A stretch of 64,000 nt of DNA from Nanobdellota archaeon (GTDB lineage Archaea; Nanobdellota; Nanobdellia; Woesearchaeales; UBA10107): the NCBI GenBank assembly GCA_042571125.1, contig JBHPFU010000001.1:85698-149697 (forward strand), given 5' to 3'. Positions within the stretch are counted from its first letter, which is position 1. The number at the start of each line of letters is the position of its first letter. The position numbers were made by a program, and so were the translations under genes. Under the pieces are notes generated by a model. The model worked only from the letters and a program-made list of their open reading frames with translations, did no database searches and was not told where the DNA came from. Shown here in pieces: positions 62,789 to 64,000 of the stretch.

Positions 62789-63640
62789 ATGAAATTGGGA
62801 CTTTTACTAATACCGTTGTTATTGATTAATATAGTTCTAGCCACAGAATACTCTGTAGATTTTGATATTGCTGAAGGAAAAGTCCTTGTTGATACTACAA
62901 TAAAATATGATTATCAGACAGATATTGATCTATTACTAGATGTCCTAGAAGATGCAAAAGCATTGTCCCTTTATTTGGATGGAGAATCAGTAACACCAAT
63001 TCTTGAAAATAATAAGTTAATTATTAAAAGATCCGTAAAAGAGGTAAATTTTAATTACCTAACAGAGCAGATATTAGAAGACAATGAATTTATTGTTAGC
63101 TTATCCTTATTAGAAGCAGATAAATTCTCTGCATCCTTATTCCTAGAAGAGAATTCTGTACTTGCAAAACCCATAGAAGAAAAGACATTGTCTGAAGGTT
63201 CTGTATATCCAACTCCTACAAGCTTGTCAACAGATGGACAAAGGATTAAGTTGATTTGGGAAAAAGATAATGTTGAGCAAGGAGATGATTTTTCAATTTT
63301 TGTCCAGCTTAAACAAAAAACAGATTATATAAAATTAATTGCTGGGCTATTGTTAATCGTTATTATCTTGATTGTTGTTGTTCGCAGATTAAGAGAAAAA
63401 CCAAAGAAAAAAGTTGAGATAAAAAAAGTTTCAGAAGATATAACAAAACACCTTAAAGAAGACGAAGAAACAGTTATCAATGTTCTAAAGCAAAGAGATG
63501 GCCAGTGTGAGCAAGGAACATTAAGAGTTGTTACAGGATTCCCAAAAGCGACGTTATCGCGGATATTAAAGGAATTAGAGGACAGAAAGGTAGTTTACAA
63601 GGAAAAAAGAGGCAAGAAAAACCTTGTTTTCTTAAAATAA
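62789..63640 (+). CDS. Membrane-anchored protein with extracytoplasmic domain and cytoplasmic winged-helix domain
   Basis: N-terminal signal/anchor LGLLLIPLLLINIVLA and a second TM helix LIAGLLLIVIILIVVV. The C-terminal wHTH is EETVINVLKQRDGQCEQGTLRVVTGFPKATLSRILKELEDRKVVYKEKRGKKNLVFL. Confidence 0.6.
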   Translation: MKLGLLLIPLLLINIVLATEYSVDFDIAEGKVLVDTTIKYDYQTDIDLLLDVLEDAKALSLYLDGESVTPILENNKLIIKRSVKEVNFNYLTEQILEDNEFIVSLSLLEADKFSASLFLEENSVLAKPIEEKTLSEGSVYPTPTSLSTDGQRIKLIWEKDNVEQGDDFSIFVQLKQKTDYIKLIAGLLLIVIILIVVVRRLREKPKKKVEIKKVSEDITKHLKEDEETVINVLKQRDGQCEQGTLRVVTGFPKATLSRILKELEDRKVVYKEKRGKKNLVFLK

Positions 63641-63782
63641 GCGTTCGGGAACAATCCGGAACTATTAACTCCCATATTCATTCTTTATTCTTGATTTAAA
63701 GACTCTGTTCCAGCGGTAGATTATAAGTAGTTTCTCGACCATACAATATTCATCATAATCAAACAATATGGAGGAATAAAAA

Positions 63783-64000
63783 ATGAAACAATTTATTGCA
63801 ATGTTTTTTGTTTTTTTAATGGTAGTTACAGCTGTACCGGTTGTAATTGCTGAAGAAGAAACAGCAGAACCAGTTTTAATTTCTGCTAATGAAGGTGAAG
63901 AATATGGCTGGGGCGCAAGGACAATGGACAGAATCAGATTGGCCTTTGCATTTAAAGAAGAAAGAAAGCTTGAAGTCATGAATAAAATACAGGAACGAAG
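63783..64000 (+). CDS. Secreted protein, N-terminal fragment (continues beyond window end)
   Basis: The ATG at 63783 is preceded by GGAGGAATAAAAA. MKQFIAMFFVFLMVVTAVPVVIAEEE is a signal peptide. The frame is open to the window end. Confidence 0.5.
   Translation, partial: MKQFIAMFFVFLMVVTAVPVVIAEEETAEPVLISANEGEEYGWGARTMDRIRLAFAFKEERKLEVMNKIQER

Noticed and set aside
1-64000. CRISPR arrays, cas genes, transposases, IS elements, prophage or toxin-antitoxin pairs
   Set aside because: I scanned the intergenic regions and ORF translations and saw no regularly spaced repeats, DDE/HUH/integrase motifs or phage structural genes. The only dispersed repeat found is the 39-bp promoter element.

Overview
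This window reads as a compact, AT-rich stretch of archaeal chromosome, with no rRNA, CRISPR array, transposase or integrase that I could see. Genes are tightly packed, and many neighbours share ATGA or TAATG stop/start overlaps. The archaeal assignment rests on aIF5A, aIF5B, aEF-1beta, aRF1, ribosomal proteins L40e and L37ae, RpoP, a histone, Orc1/Cdc6, prefoldin beta, Nre, XPD, SMC and type IA topoisomerase. The small-genome style plus large secreted Cys-rich proteins suggests a DPANN-type or similar episymbiotic archaeon; that is inference only. I support about 66 CDS. Two of these, L40e and RpoP, fall below the 60-aa cutoff of the ORF track, and two are truncated at the window edges. There are also 4 tRNAs (Gly-UCC, Ser-GCU, initiator Met-CAU, Pro-UGG). 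The most unusual region is 38.4-49.7 kb. It contains two AbrB-PhoU-like regulators, a small AbrB protein translationally coupled to a membrane Ser/Thr kinase, and a seven-gene operon. That operon encodes a metallophosphoesterase, four full-length paralogs and two unknown small proteins. Each paralog carries only the phosphohistidine swivel domain of PEP-utilizing enzymes, fused to a shared uncharacterised helical N-terminal domain, with no ATP-grasp or PEP-binding barrel. I flag this as a candidate undescribed phosphotransfer system. Other points of interest:
- a 1395-aa secreted papain-like protease / TSP3-repeat / glycosidase fusion protein;
- a 39-bp perfectly duplicated promoter-operator element upstream of two unrelated genes, with a degenerate third copy next to a small wHTH gene;
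- an EpmB-sized KamA-family radical SAM gene divergent from aIF5A;
- a bacterial-type HPF/RaiA-like gene;
- AACGGAA(A/G) repeats bracketing orc1/cdc6, which mark a candidate replication origin.
All calls come from reading motifs in the supplied translations and DNA. No database search was run.
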